In this document: piece by piece, positions 24,401 to 36,400 of the stretch
Numbering within the stretch: position 1 is the stretch's first letter
Layout: every line of letters starts with the position of its first letter
Source of the DNA: Eutreptiella sp. 'Long Island Sound 2002'
Lineage: Eukaryota > Protista > Euglenida
Direction: 5' to 3'
Length of the DNA: 64,000 nt
Assembly: GCA_964036045.1 (NCBI GenBank)
Contig: OZ038378.1
Location: 194,618,001 to 194,682,000 of the forward strand
Program-made: the position numbers and the translations under genes
The notes under the pieces: generated by a model
Databases searched by the model: none
What the model saw: the letters and a program-made list of their open reading frames with translations, nothing else
What the model was told of the DNA's origin: nothing

Positions 24401-27400
24401 ATATCAGTTTGACTCAGGATCGTCATCCCTCACAGTTCTGGCAAGTAGTTTTTCCCTTATCCTCATATCTCCCAGAAGTGTAGTTTGTGGATCACCAACA
24501 AGGCATGGCAGTCGCGTCCCGCTGCATCCGCTGGTGACAGTGAAAAAGTCTCAAGTATACATCCCACCATCCTAGACTGCATGTGAACCCTCCACATGGG
24601 ATAATATATGTTGTACTTTACTTGCCACACAGAACGGGTCTGTCTGACTCAGCACTTGCGAGGCACAAGTAAGTCTGAGCAAAAAAGAAGGAAATCAACA
24701 CCCCAGCTCATTTTTTTCCAGCTCCCCTATTTCCAACAAAACCACATGAACAAGGGGGGGGGGATCTTTGCCTGGGACTGTTCACGTTTCAAATCGGCCG
24801 TGAAGTTTCCCACATTTTTAATCCCCTGTTCTTGCGGTAGGCAGGTGGTGTCGGCAGCCGGTCTGTCCGTCATGGCGCACTGCGTTGACGCTGGCACCGG
24901 ACGCTGATCCTGGCAGAATGTGGCACATGCGTGTCCCCTGCATCGTGAGTGGCGCTGGAGGCTGAGGCCTGCGTCCGCCAAGCCGCTACATTTCTGGGGG
25001 GGGCAGGGTCCGCGAAATTTCCACGGGGGTTTTTTGGCAGCCTCTGCACATTTTCACACCAGGCAGTCTCTCTCCGCAAAGTAGTGAGGCACAAAGCCCA
25101 CCTCCCCCTCCCAGCTGCGTTCCAACCGCTTTTAACCCTGGGCAAAGCATCCATCTACGCTTCTTGCAGGTGATCGCGCCTGAGGTCGGGGCATACACGT
25201 ATCAGCTGGTGGCAAGTCGTGAGGACGTCGCCAGTCTCATGGGAATGAACAACTACATTGATCTAGTCATCCCCAGGTAGCTCCTACAGGGCCAGACACG
25301 CACGGAAATTTTGCGGTTCGGCAAACAAACCGCTGTGACCCGTTAGTGCAGGTTTGGGGTCCGGGGAAGTGGGGGTCTGGGCCTACACTAGAAACGCCCT
25401 GCCCCCCCTGTGGGGGTGGAGGGTCAGGCAGGGTGGTGCTCCAGAGCAATCTTGGAACCCCCGCCCTATTGCGTTTGATGTGGGTGGGATGGGGGGGGGA
25501 TTGCACACACAGGCACACCGGGTTGGGGCCTCTACAAGGGTGGGGGTTGAGGTGGGATTTCCAGGGAAAGAGCTCTTTGGACCCCCCCTTCCTCTGGCCT
25601 TCAAAGTTTCAACTGTGGGACGTTGGTGATTACCCAGCAGCGGTTTTCGCTGAAGGTGGGTTACACTGAAGTGGGGGGGTAATGGGGGGGACCTCTACTG
25701 TTTGACGAATTGAAGCCTCATTGTCTGATGCCTGGCAGATTCTGCTGCTTTGCGGCGACCAGCTATTAGGCCATAAGGTGTTAGGTGTAGTGTGCAGCTG
25801 CGCTTCATCTGCACTCTTGTTTGCCACAGCGAAAGGCACCTATGACACGTCACCGAAGAGCTTTTCTCTTGGACTTTTGCTTTGCACTCCTGCTTTGTGC
25901 CAGATGGTACCGGTTTGCACACGCATCTGTAACCCATAGCGGGGGGGGGGGAATTGGGGGGCTGTGGGCGGTGGGTTCGGTTGCTTCTGGCCAACAGGTC
26001 GCAAAATGTCCTGGTGTAGCTTTCCGCATAGTGACCGGCCCAATGCATCCACCAAAAGTTTGGCAGCCTATGGAGTGGCTTTGGCTGAGTGCCTCTGAAG
26101 GACGCGCGTTGAGGGGTGCCAAGGGTTGTTCAGGGTTTTCATGGTTGTTGAAGGTTGTCAAGGGTTTTTGACAGTTGTTGGGGCTGCCAGGGGTTGACAA
26201 GGTGGTTGAGGGTTGCCAAGGGCTGGTCGTCAAGTGTTGTCATTAGTCCCTCATCCACCCGACGATCAACAACGCTCAATAACCCTTGCCAAGCTTCACA
26301 ACCCCCAATACCCTCAATACCCTCAATACTGGTGAGGGTTGCGAATGGCTGCTGAGTTGGTGAGGGTTGTTGACGTTTGGCGAGGGTTGTTGAGGTTTGT
26401 GAACCGGTGAGGCCTGAGGGTTGCCAAAGGCTGATGCCGTTGGTGACGATTAGTAAGGGTGTTAAGGTTTGATGAGGGCCGGCAAGGGTGGCTTGGGGCT
26501 GGCAGCAGTTTTTGAGGATTGTTGAGGGGGGGCGGTGTGTGTGGCCTGCTGGGGGTTGGCACGGGTGGTTGAGGGTGACAGGTGACAGGGTTGTTGGGGG
26601 TGGGCAAGGGTTTGACAACCGTCGTGTTTGTGGATGGGGGTGGGCACTCGATGCTTGAGTGTTGAGGGACGTTGAAGGCCGTGGACGCTGGCTAACGATC
26701 GGCGGACCCTCGTCGACCTGCAGTGCCCCAGGGATTGCAACAGAACAACACAGCGGCGCCAGCCACTTTGATGGTGAATTTGTGGCAAGCATGACAACAT
26801 GGGCATGATTGTTTGGAAGGGATTTCACCATTTTGGTACAGAAGGGCGTTTTGGCGTTGGTGGACCCCGCGCCCTGGTCTCCCGTTGACTATTGTTTACT
26901 TTCAAGCCGCGAGTGATGATGACTCAGCCGCGGTGTCATCTAGTTCCTATTTGTTATCCCCGTTTGCTCTGATGCCAAGTAGGCGCAGCAACAAGATTTT
27001 ATGATCCTTTCGAAGTGTGGGTGAAGGTTGGTTTTTGGTGGGTGTGTGGGTGGTGGGCCCCCTACCCCAGTCACCAAGCAATACGGGTGGTCAGACGGAC
27101 AAAAGCAGGTGCAGTGCGGAAGGAAGTGGTGAAAGTTTGTCCCGACTGACAGGGCAGAACTGGCCTCCACTGGCCACGGTGAATGACCCGGTCTGTAGAT
27201 GTTGGAACCGGGGGCAATGACGGCCTTTCTCGCGGTGGAGGCCAAGCTTGGGGCCGGTGTTGGAGCCACACGGTCCCTCCGCACCCACTGCGCAGGGGCT
27301 CCAATCAGATGGTGCAGTCCATCCAAAACTCGACCAAAATCCCTGTCATGGGCCACGCGGACGGCATCTGCCATGTGTACGTTGACAAGCTGGCGGATTT

Positions 27401-30400
27401 GGACAAGGCAAAGGAGGCATGTTTCCCGGCATCTCTGTGTGCCCTTGTCTCATGGGCATGGTGTGCCATCGGACCCTCAGAAGCAAGGCCTGACGCTTTC
27501 TGATGCCGCTCCCACAGCCCTCCCCCCGCTGCCCATAGATGGGGGCTTTTTTTATAGGGGGCTTTTTGCCCCCCCCCCCCCTTTTCCCTTTGTATGCCCC
27601 TTTGGCTCCCTCGTTCATATCCTTTTGAGTGTTCTCATTTGATGTTTGCCACACACACATGGTCGTTTCTCGCCTGCGTGAGTGTCGTCCAGGGCTGGTA
27701 AGTGTCATCCATTGAGGGCCAAGCACGTCTGATCTGGAGAATAAGATGCCTTCGTATCAGACGGTGGAGTGTAGTGCCTCCATGTGCATTAGTTGTCTAC
27801 AAACAGAATAGGCCAGATTTGCGCTCAGGCTGTAAATCAATAGAAATGGGTGCCAACAAAACCCAAAGCATAGCTTTGAGAACAGAGGGGGGGGAGGGGC
27901 TGCAACCTATTTCTCTTGGGAAGATGATTGAAAGAAAGAAAGACAAACAGTGGCCATGTCCATTTTGGGCGTATTTCTGGCTACCTGTCTAAGCTACACC
28001 CGTTGTAGGGACCTTGTTTTATTAACGGGGGGGTGGGGGTGCAAACAATACAAGCCGGAGCATTTCTTAGCCTGAGTCATTTGTGTGAAGCCCGAACCAA
28101 GTTGTGGGCTGAGTGCTCGTAGTTTGGATGGTTCCCAGTGCGCCATTTTGATGGGCATCAGCCCTGCCGTCTCCCTGGAGGAGAGAGATCTCATCATGCC
28201 TCATCATCACACTTTTTCCAAACATCACCTTGACCATGGATGAGCGCATGTCCCCTTTGATATTTGTGCTGCGTCATCTTGTCTTTTTCCCTCTTACTCC
28301 CTTTCATACTTGACCCTAGTCTCCGGCAAGAATTTTGGCCACCTCCAGCAGCCTCCGGCAGAAACATGAGGTTACATCCTCAGGCAGAAGTTTGGTCCAC
28401 ATCCAGCACGCTCCGGCAGGGCACAGCACCACTCTCCCAGAAGCGTAAATAAAAGTTTCTGGGAGGGCAGCGGGGCACACCTGGAGACTGTCGCCGCTGA
28501 CGAAGATTGGTGTGGAGTTGTGAGCGCGCCACACAATCAATTAAAACCCAACCGCACAACAACACTCACATCTGGCAGCCTCTGGCGCAGGAATAGGCCA
28601 CATCCGGCCGCCTCCGGCAAGAGGTTGCCTTCACATCTGGCGGCCATTGGCATGCCGGAGACTAGGGTCAAGTATGCTCCCTTTCATGGTGTTGACGCAC
28701 ACGCACACGCACACGCACTACACACTACTGAGCTGTGGTTTATGAAGTGACGCATGCAGTCTGCAGTCTTGATTGTGGCGGATTTCCCCTTGTATTTAGT
28801 GCCGGGCGACCTGAAAATTGCACCAAGGGGGGGGGGGGAGAAATGGGCTTCCGTGCTGGGCCCTTTGTTTGTGTAACAATGGATGTTGGCGCCAAAGGCG
28901 CCGGAACACAAATTTTGGCCCCAAAAAGTTTTTTCCACTAAAACCCCACATATATGTACTCAAAATGATCGGCGCGAAGGGGGGATCATTTTGAGCCATA
29001 TATGTTGGGGTTGACACCCCCCCCCCTGAGAACCCCACTGTTCCCCAGCCCTCCGAACGCTTCTGCGAGCGTGGGCGATGGATTTGCAAGGGGAAAGTGT
29101 TGTCAAGTGTGCCCTTTCGTGGTACATAGCGTCTACACCCTAAGATCCCTTCCCCTGTCGGCCCCACCCCGTTGGGTCAGTCGGGGCGTTTTGCTGGATA
29201 CCCATCCCATGGATATGTGAGAACAGAATATCCATTTGTTGGTGCTGACGTGACCCGCGGGGCTGGTGAAAATTTGACTTGGGGGCGGGCGGGGCCCTTG
29301 GAGCGCCCCCAAACTTGAGCGGGGGGGTTGCGAAAAGGGGCTCCAAGGGCCACAAGCTTATTTCCTCACTAGAAATGTCTGAAAGTTTTGGCTCCAACTT
29401 GCTTATGGGGGGGGCCCACGTACTCCACAAGGGCGGGTGCTGTGGCCGGCGCGCCGGGAGGTGCTCGCCATGGGGGTGGCAACAGGGCCGTGACCAGCCA
29501 ACTGCGCACGGGACAGTCCACGTCGTACGGAGATGTGAAATCCTTGTACGGGGGGGCAGGCAGGTGGGACAGGAGGGGGTGCGCGACAGGGGCACCCAGG
29601 AGCGCCAACAGACATGGGGAGGAGCCTCACAGACACACAGAACGCCGGAGCCACACCAGGAGGAACAAGGGTGAGCATAGCAGACAAGGAGGAGGGGCAC
29701 AGCAAGGCAGGAGAGGCAACCAGAACAGTGGGAACAGGGAACCAGAATGGAGGGGATGGGAGAGCGTGTGCATGGGAGGCAGCGACAACAAAGGGGATGG
29801 CCTGGCCAGCCAGCCCCGTCGCTACCGGGTGCCAGGGCAACCCCTGCTCAACCGGCATCAGGTGGGGGGGTGTCTCCCGCAGCCCAGATGGGCTGTTTGC
29901 GCAACAGGAGCGGGAGCCCACCAGCCGTGAGGGGGAAAAGGACATATGGTGGATGGCCGGGACAGCGCATGGAGGAACAGGGCACCTGGGCCTCACAGAA
30001 ACACAGCGAGGCAGGCTATAGACGGCCTGTGGACAGAGGGGTGTGGACAGCAAAAACAGTCAACGACCCCGGCAACAACCAGCACATCCTCAATAAGCCA
30101 ACTATTGGGCGCCGCTGATGTGCAAACGGCACACCATGCCACATTCAGCACAGCCCCAACACACCAACTACTGGGCTCTGCGAATGCGGAAACGACACCA
30201 GCAAGAGCACCGGCCGCAGCTGCCGGCAGAAAGCTGCAACCCGACGCAACATGCGAAGGGAAGAACGGGTGACTGTCCAGGGCCCCGTAAAGGAACAACA
30301 ACCAGACAGAATGTCACACAGGGGGCAGGGATGTATTAGAACGGCTGACAACCATAGGGGATCCCCGCCCCCCCCCCCCCCTGGAGTGACACAGTGACAG

Positions 30401-33400
30401 TGACAGTGACAGTGACAGACTATGACAGTGCCAGTAGTTTTGTCATGGAATATTCATGAAAAACATGGCCCTTGGAGCCCCCCTCCAGGGGGGGTGGGTT
30501 TGGGAAATGGGCTCCAAGGGCCACCCACCCCCCCAAATACCTTTATGCCTGACTGTGGAGTGCATTACCTCTGGTTTGCATTTGTCTGTTTTTTAATTAG
30601 GTCACACCCCCCCAAATACATTTTTCGGGAGCCCAAAGTGTGGGGGGGGGGACACCCCTGTTGTGCGCCCTTTCAGATTGTTGTGGATTCGAAGACGGAC
30701 TACCCCGCTGCATGCAATGCGATGGAGACCCTTCTGATTCATGAAGTATGGATGGCGCAGTGGTGAGGGGTCAGGCAGTGTCGTCCAAGTCATGCTTGCC
30801 CCCCCCCCCCCTTCAGGCCCCATGAGTGACGGGGCTCCAGATGCGCGTTGCACCTCCTCACACTTGCTCCTGCTGAAAGAAAAGAAGGTCCGGAGGAGCC
30901 AAGCAATGACCCTGTGTGCAGTACCCAAAGAGGCAAACGCCGGGGGCATTGACCGTTTGGAATCAGAAACAATTGTGCTGAGTCTTAAAATGCCTCGTCA
31001 TGCTAAAGGTACCCGCGTTTGATACCCCAGCCTGTCTCCATTGCAGGGGGCATTCTCTTACTCTTCATACCTTTTTTGTGAACTTTAAAGGGGTCCCCTA
31101 CAGGCCATGAAGATGTGTGTGAAGATATGGATTAAGTCTATCATGATACATGAAAGCACAACTATTGATAAAGTAGAATGTGAAGCACTGAAGCATTTAG
31201 TGGGAAGCTTCAAATTTGCTTCAAAACGATGCAAGTACTGCGTACAGTGGAAGGATTGCACAAGATTGGAAGCGCTTTCATTGCTTAAGAGGGTTTTTCT
31301 AGCCGAAAAGGATGCAGATTCGGATAAGCTTAATAATGTCCATAAATTGCCATCACAACCATGGGGTCCTATAGGGACTGTTTACTTCAGGTAGCCGTGC
31401 AAAATCAACAGGTTGTGGTGGTGGTTGTAGTGTAGGTCAACGTCAGAATCCACTTTTGTTGCTTCTTCTGCAGTCCTTTTCTCCCCTCGGGGGCGTTGTG
31501 TAGCCTTTTTCCCTTGTTCTCTCGTGGGATCCGCCCTTTGTGCGTGCCCCTCCCCTAGGCCCAGAACACATCACCACAAAGGATGGGCACGCACAGGCTA
31601 TGCAGCGTGGGATGCTGCACCTGCACGTTCTGTGCAGGATCTGCTCAGCTCAGGCAAGGCCTCCGAACTTGTGAAGGCCGCGCAGGCCTCCAACGTGAAG
31701 TTCTATGCAGGCCCTCGTGCTCAGAAGGATTTGAGCGAGTTGGGACTCGAGGTGTGTGCGTACCCGGCTGCCTGTGGGGGGGGCTACCGGCCACCGGCAT
31801 GTGGGCCCTCCATATATCGCATGAAGTCGCCCCCCCCACACCTTGGAGGTGTGGGGGGTGTGGGGGGGTGTGGGGGGGGGGTAGGAGGTGTGGTTGGGTT
31901 GTGTGTGGTGTGTGGGGGGGGGATGTGTGGTGGCAGGGGTGGGGGGGGGGCAGGGACTTGCTTTAATTTTCATTCCGGCAGGGGGGGGGGGCATGGGGGG
32001 GCCGTCTCCTCGGTTCGGGTACGCGACCCCCCCCCCCCCCTCCCTGCCCTCCGGGCCCACTTAGTTACCAAGGGTCAATGGCTATAGGCCATACACAGGG
32101 TTGCGCCAAAGGCGCCCGAAAATTTTGTCCCCTTTGCTGGGAACCCCGAGAATGCAGGGGTTGGGTAGCATTTCCGCCCACTTGCGGGCCCCCAAGAAGG
32201 CAGGGGTGAGGTAGCCAATTTTGATTTTGAGGTAGCCACTTTTGATCAGAGCTTTTGAGCGCCAGATATCACAAGACGAGGCGCTATACAAATGTCGTTT
32301 GTTGCGAGGTGCTTTCCAGCAAAGACCAGCAAGACGGGCCGTTATACAAATGGCGTTTGTTGTGCAGTGAAGATCCTGCATTCGGAGCAAAACCCCGGCC
32401 CGAGTGCAGCGCCAAATTCTTTCCGGGTCGAACGCGTTCTTTCTTTCTTTCTTGTTTCTCTTTCCCATGCTTTGTTGCGTGGCCCCTCGAGTTGGGTTTA
32501 GGGACTCACAATCCACGCTTTGTTGCGTGGCCCCTTGAGTTGGGGTTAGGGACTCTCAATCCACGCTTCAGTGTGGCCCCTTGAGTTGGAGTTGGGGACT
32601 CGCAATCCACACTTTGTTGCGTGGCCCCTTGAGTTGGGGTTAGGGAGTCGCAATCCACGCTTCGGTGTGGCCCCTTGAGTTGGGGTTAGGGACTCACAAT
32701 CCACGCTTTGTTGCGTGGCCCCTTGAGTTGGGGTTAGGGACTCACAATCCACACTTCGGTGTGGCCCCTTGAGTTGGGGTTAGGGACTCACAATCCACGC
32801 TTCGGTGTGGCCCCTTGAGTTGGGGTTAGGGACTCTCAATCCACGCTTTGTTGCGTGGCCCCTTGAGTTGGGGTTAGGGACTCACAATCCACGCTTCGGT
32901 GTGGCCCCTTGAGTTGGGGTTAGGGACTCTCAATCCACGCTTTGTTGCGTGGCCCCTTGAGTTGGGGTTAGGGACTCACAATCCACGCTTCGGTGTGGCC
33001 CCTTGAGTTGGGGTTAGGGACTCGCAATAAGCGACATTTTTCCGCGTTTTTTAGGTAAGTGCGGCAAAGGGCGGTTCCCCGTGTCATAAAACGCCCGCCC
33101 AGCACCGTGCCCAAACCCAAACCCGTGTGTGTGTCGAAACCTAAACCAATACCAATGCACTCGCCGCAGAGCGATGGGAGTAGGCACCCGGAAAAGCATT
33201 CGCCGCAGAGCGACGGGAGTAGGCACTGTCTGGGTGGCATGGTCATTAAGAGTCGCGAGTTGCAGAAACTGAGGCGCTTGGTGCAGCCCTTGTATGCACA
33301 GTTGTCTTTGTTTGATCGCTGCTTTGCTGCCATAAGATCAAACGATTTGCCCCGTCTTGCTCAAATTTTGAAGAAGACAATGGAGTGGGGGTGGGGATTG

Positions 33401-36400
33401 AAACGGATTGCCCCTCTTTTAGAGGATGCCGTGCATGCCAATCGCATGCACTGTGGGGCGAATGAAAGGCACCTTGCTGTGCTTTTGTACCGTGTTGCCG
33501 GCCCCACAGGTTTGCAAGCCATGCATGCAGAGAAGCTGCTACCGAGTGTGCGGTAGTGCACTCGAATTGCAAAACAGGTTACCATTGCGATCTCTAGCAC
33601 TTGTTCCGTGGAACCCCCTCATGCTGCATTTGGACCCCTCCCACGGGCTTCCATCGCTTGCCTCAAGGATGAGATCTCCATCACAAAACGGTTGGTGGCT
33701 GGTGTGAATACATTAGAAAATGTATGCCACTGTGCACCCCATCCCATCCCCTTCACGTCCCTTTCGGATTTGGCAATCCCTCTTGCAAAGCTGGAGAGTG
33801 GCGAATGGCACATAGCCAACTGTGCCAAGGTGACAGCCGTTGCGCGGCACTCACAGACTAACTACATGCCTGTAGTGGTTTCGTGCACAGCCTCATGCAA
33901 CCGTTTTACGGGTGATGATGAGGTTGAATCCATCTTAGAGTTTGAAAAGAAATGGGGCCAAGTGGCTGCCACCATTGGGCCGTGCGTCCAATATGCCAGT
34001 GATGGGGATAAGCGGCGTGCCGCTGCATTCCTTTCATCATCTTTCATAATTTTTCCGCCGAAGTGATTTCACTAGATGGTTTTCTTTTCTTGCAGGTTCG
34101 TCTGCTAAAGTCTGGTGCCACTGTTACAAAGGACATGTGCCACATTATAAAGCGATTCGTTCGCCGCTTGTTCAGCAAAAATGCTTTCCGTGTGCATGGC
34201 GTTACTATTGACGTTGATGTCTTGTGCACGTTGGCAAAAACCTTGGGGGTTGCGCGCCGTCTAGCCAATGCTATCAAAGAAGTTGACCGGATGCTTTTTA
34301 GTCTGGTGGGGTGCTTTGTCAAAAAACTTTGCCCAAAGCGGTCCTCTGGGCAGAGAAAATTTACCGACGCTTTTGCAAGTTAGGGTGGTCCGCTACCTGG
34401 GTGTCATATTCACACCCAGTGAGCTGCCAACCACTGGCACCGTCTCAAGCACTAGGGGGAGGCCTTGCCGGAGCCTAAGGCGGGGCTTAAATGCGGAGGC
34501 AAGGCCCCCCCCTCCGGTTGCAATGGCGCTGTTCCCGTTCGGCAGTGACAATTGGAGTGCGGAAATATGAGGCAATCTTTCTGAATCCTAAAATGAGCCT
34601 GTTGGCATCATGTCGGTTCCAAATGCACTCATAATCATTGATCGCATAACGGAGATTGCTGTGGCGGACCACACCGACCTTGACCCCTTGCACCACGCCC
34701 AAGCTAGGGCAGTTCAGAGGGAGAGCTTTTTAAGTGAGCCGTGGGGGAAGTGGAAAAAAAAGGGACGGAACGAGCTGTATTTGTGTATATGGCGAAGGAA
34801 AAAAAAACCTACTACCGTAGAGCAGTACTTGTGTGTACGGCGAATGAAGAAAAACCTATTGCCATGAAGCAGTACTTGTGTGTACGGCGAAGGAAAAAAA
34901 AATTAATCGGGTGCCTCGTAGGCCTGGGCAACCTGCCAGGCACCCAGCTGCTCTCCGGTGTGACGGGCCGTGTCGAAGAGAACAGCATATATATACGGCC
35001 CTTCCTAGGCACTGGTGAGGAGGTAGAGTGGAGGCCTCCGTTGTTGTGGAGTAACCCCTTAGGCCACCGCGTCTCTGCCAGACTGGACTAGACCTCTGCT
35101 AACCCTCTCCCCTAGCCCCCCCCCCCCCACTAGCAACTAGCAGCGACTAGCTAGTCCCTTAGAGAAGCCCTCCTCAGCGGCTAGCCCCCCCCCTAGGGGC
35201 CTTCGGCCCACTTCTACGGGGGGGGGGGTCGCGTCTAAAAGCGAGGAGACGGCTCCCCCCATGGGGGGACCCCTCCCCCCGGGACCCCCTCCCCCCCTCC
35301 CCCCTCAGCTCAAGTGCACTCGAAAACCTGGGTTTTCGGAACATTTTTTAGTCATGGGAAAAAATTTTTCGGCGCCTTCGGCGCATGCTACACCTGTGTA
35401 CATATTGCTCCATGTGTGCTCCATCTCCCTTGTTTTCTAGACTACCATGCCCCACGCTCGTTGTTAGTGTGTTTCAGCTCCCCGGTCCCACCGTTGCCAC
35501 GCGCAAAACGTAATTTGCGCGCTGCTCTATTTTAGGTTTAAAGATAGGATCAGCGGTCATAAAAGACAAAAAGCCGAGGTACCCTCTGATCCACAGCCAG
35601 TGGATGATGAGGAGCTGCCTGATCATTTGTGTGATGTCTCCCATTTAGGCAGTGACTCAGGTTCGTCATCATCATCAGGTTCCAGTTCCAGTTTCCACTA
35701 CCCATGGGGTTCCAGTTCAGGCGAGTCTAATTCTGACTGACAAGAAAGATCACTGTCATTTGGCATGAGATGGTGAATGTCCCGCTTTGTTGTAGTTGTT
35801 TTGTATTGGTGAGATGTGGGAACCCTGAATTGACATTCAATGATGAATTTCTTTGTTTACAGCCGACAACATGGCATTTCCATGTGCTGAGTTGTTCATT
35901 CTCCAATAATTTTTCTGTAGTGGATTGGGTATGTTCCGGCAGGGGGGGGGGGGGGGGGCTCCCCCCTGGACCCCCTCCACGCTCAAGCAAGTCCCTTCGG
36001 GGGGGGGGGGGGTGGAGGTGTGGGTGGGTTGTGTGTGGTGGGGGGGGGGGGGGGGAAGTGGGCTAGCTCTCGTGGGTGGGATCTCCAACACGCAGCGAAC
36101 GAGATTTGTATAGCGCCTCGTCTTGCGGAATCTGGCGCTCATAGCATGGACCGGTTGAGGAACCACTATGCCCTTGCACAATGTGCAAAATGAGCCAAGA
36201 TGTGCAATGTGCGGGTGGGAAGGGTTGGCAGTGCATGCACAAGGCGTTGCACACACAAGGCGGTGCACGCACAAGGCAGTCTGTAGCCACCGCAGGAGTC
36301 TTGTTATTTAAGGGGGGTGCGGGGGCTGGCCCCTGCGATGAGCGAAGCGAGCCAAGGTGCCCGATGTGTGTGGTAAGGGTTAAGGGGGTATGAAGCGAGC

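Noticed and set aside
28320-28650. Recurring ~23-bp CCACATCCAGCAGCCTCCGGCAG words with intervening sequence
   Set aside because: Spacing is irregular (about 10 to 145 nt) and the repeats are degenerate. It is probably a subterminal repeat region, not a CRISPR-like array.
32469-33027. CRISPR-like appearance (constant ~38-bp palindromic core with intervening sequence)
   Set aside because: The linkers are only 8-10 nt and of two recurring types, there are no unique spacers or cas genes, and the context is eukaryotic and intronic.
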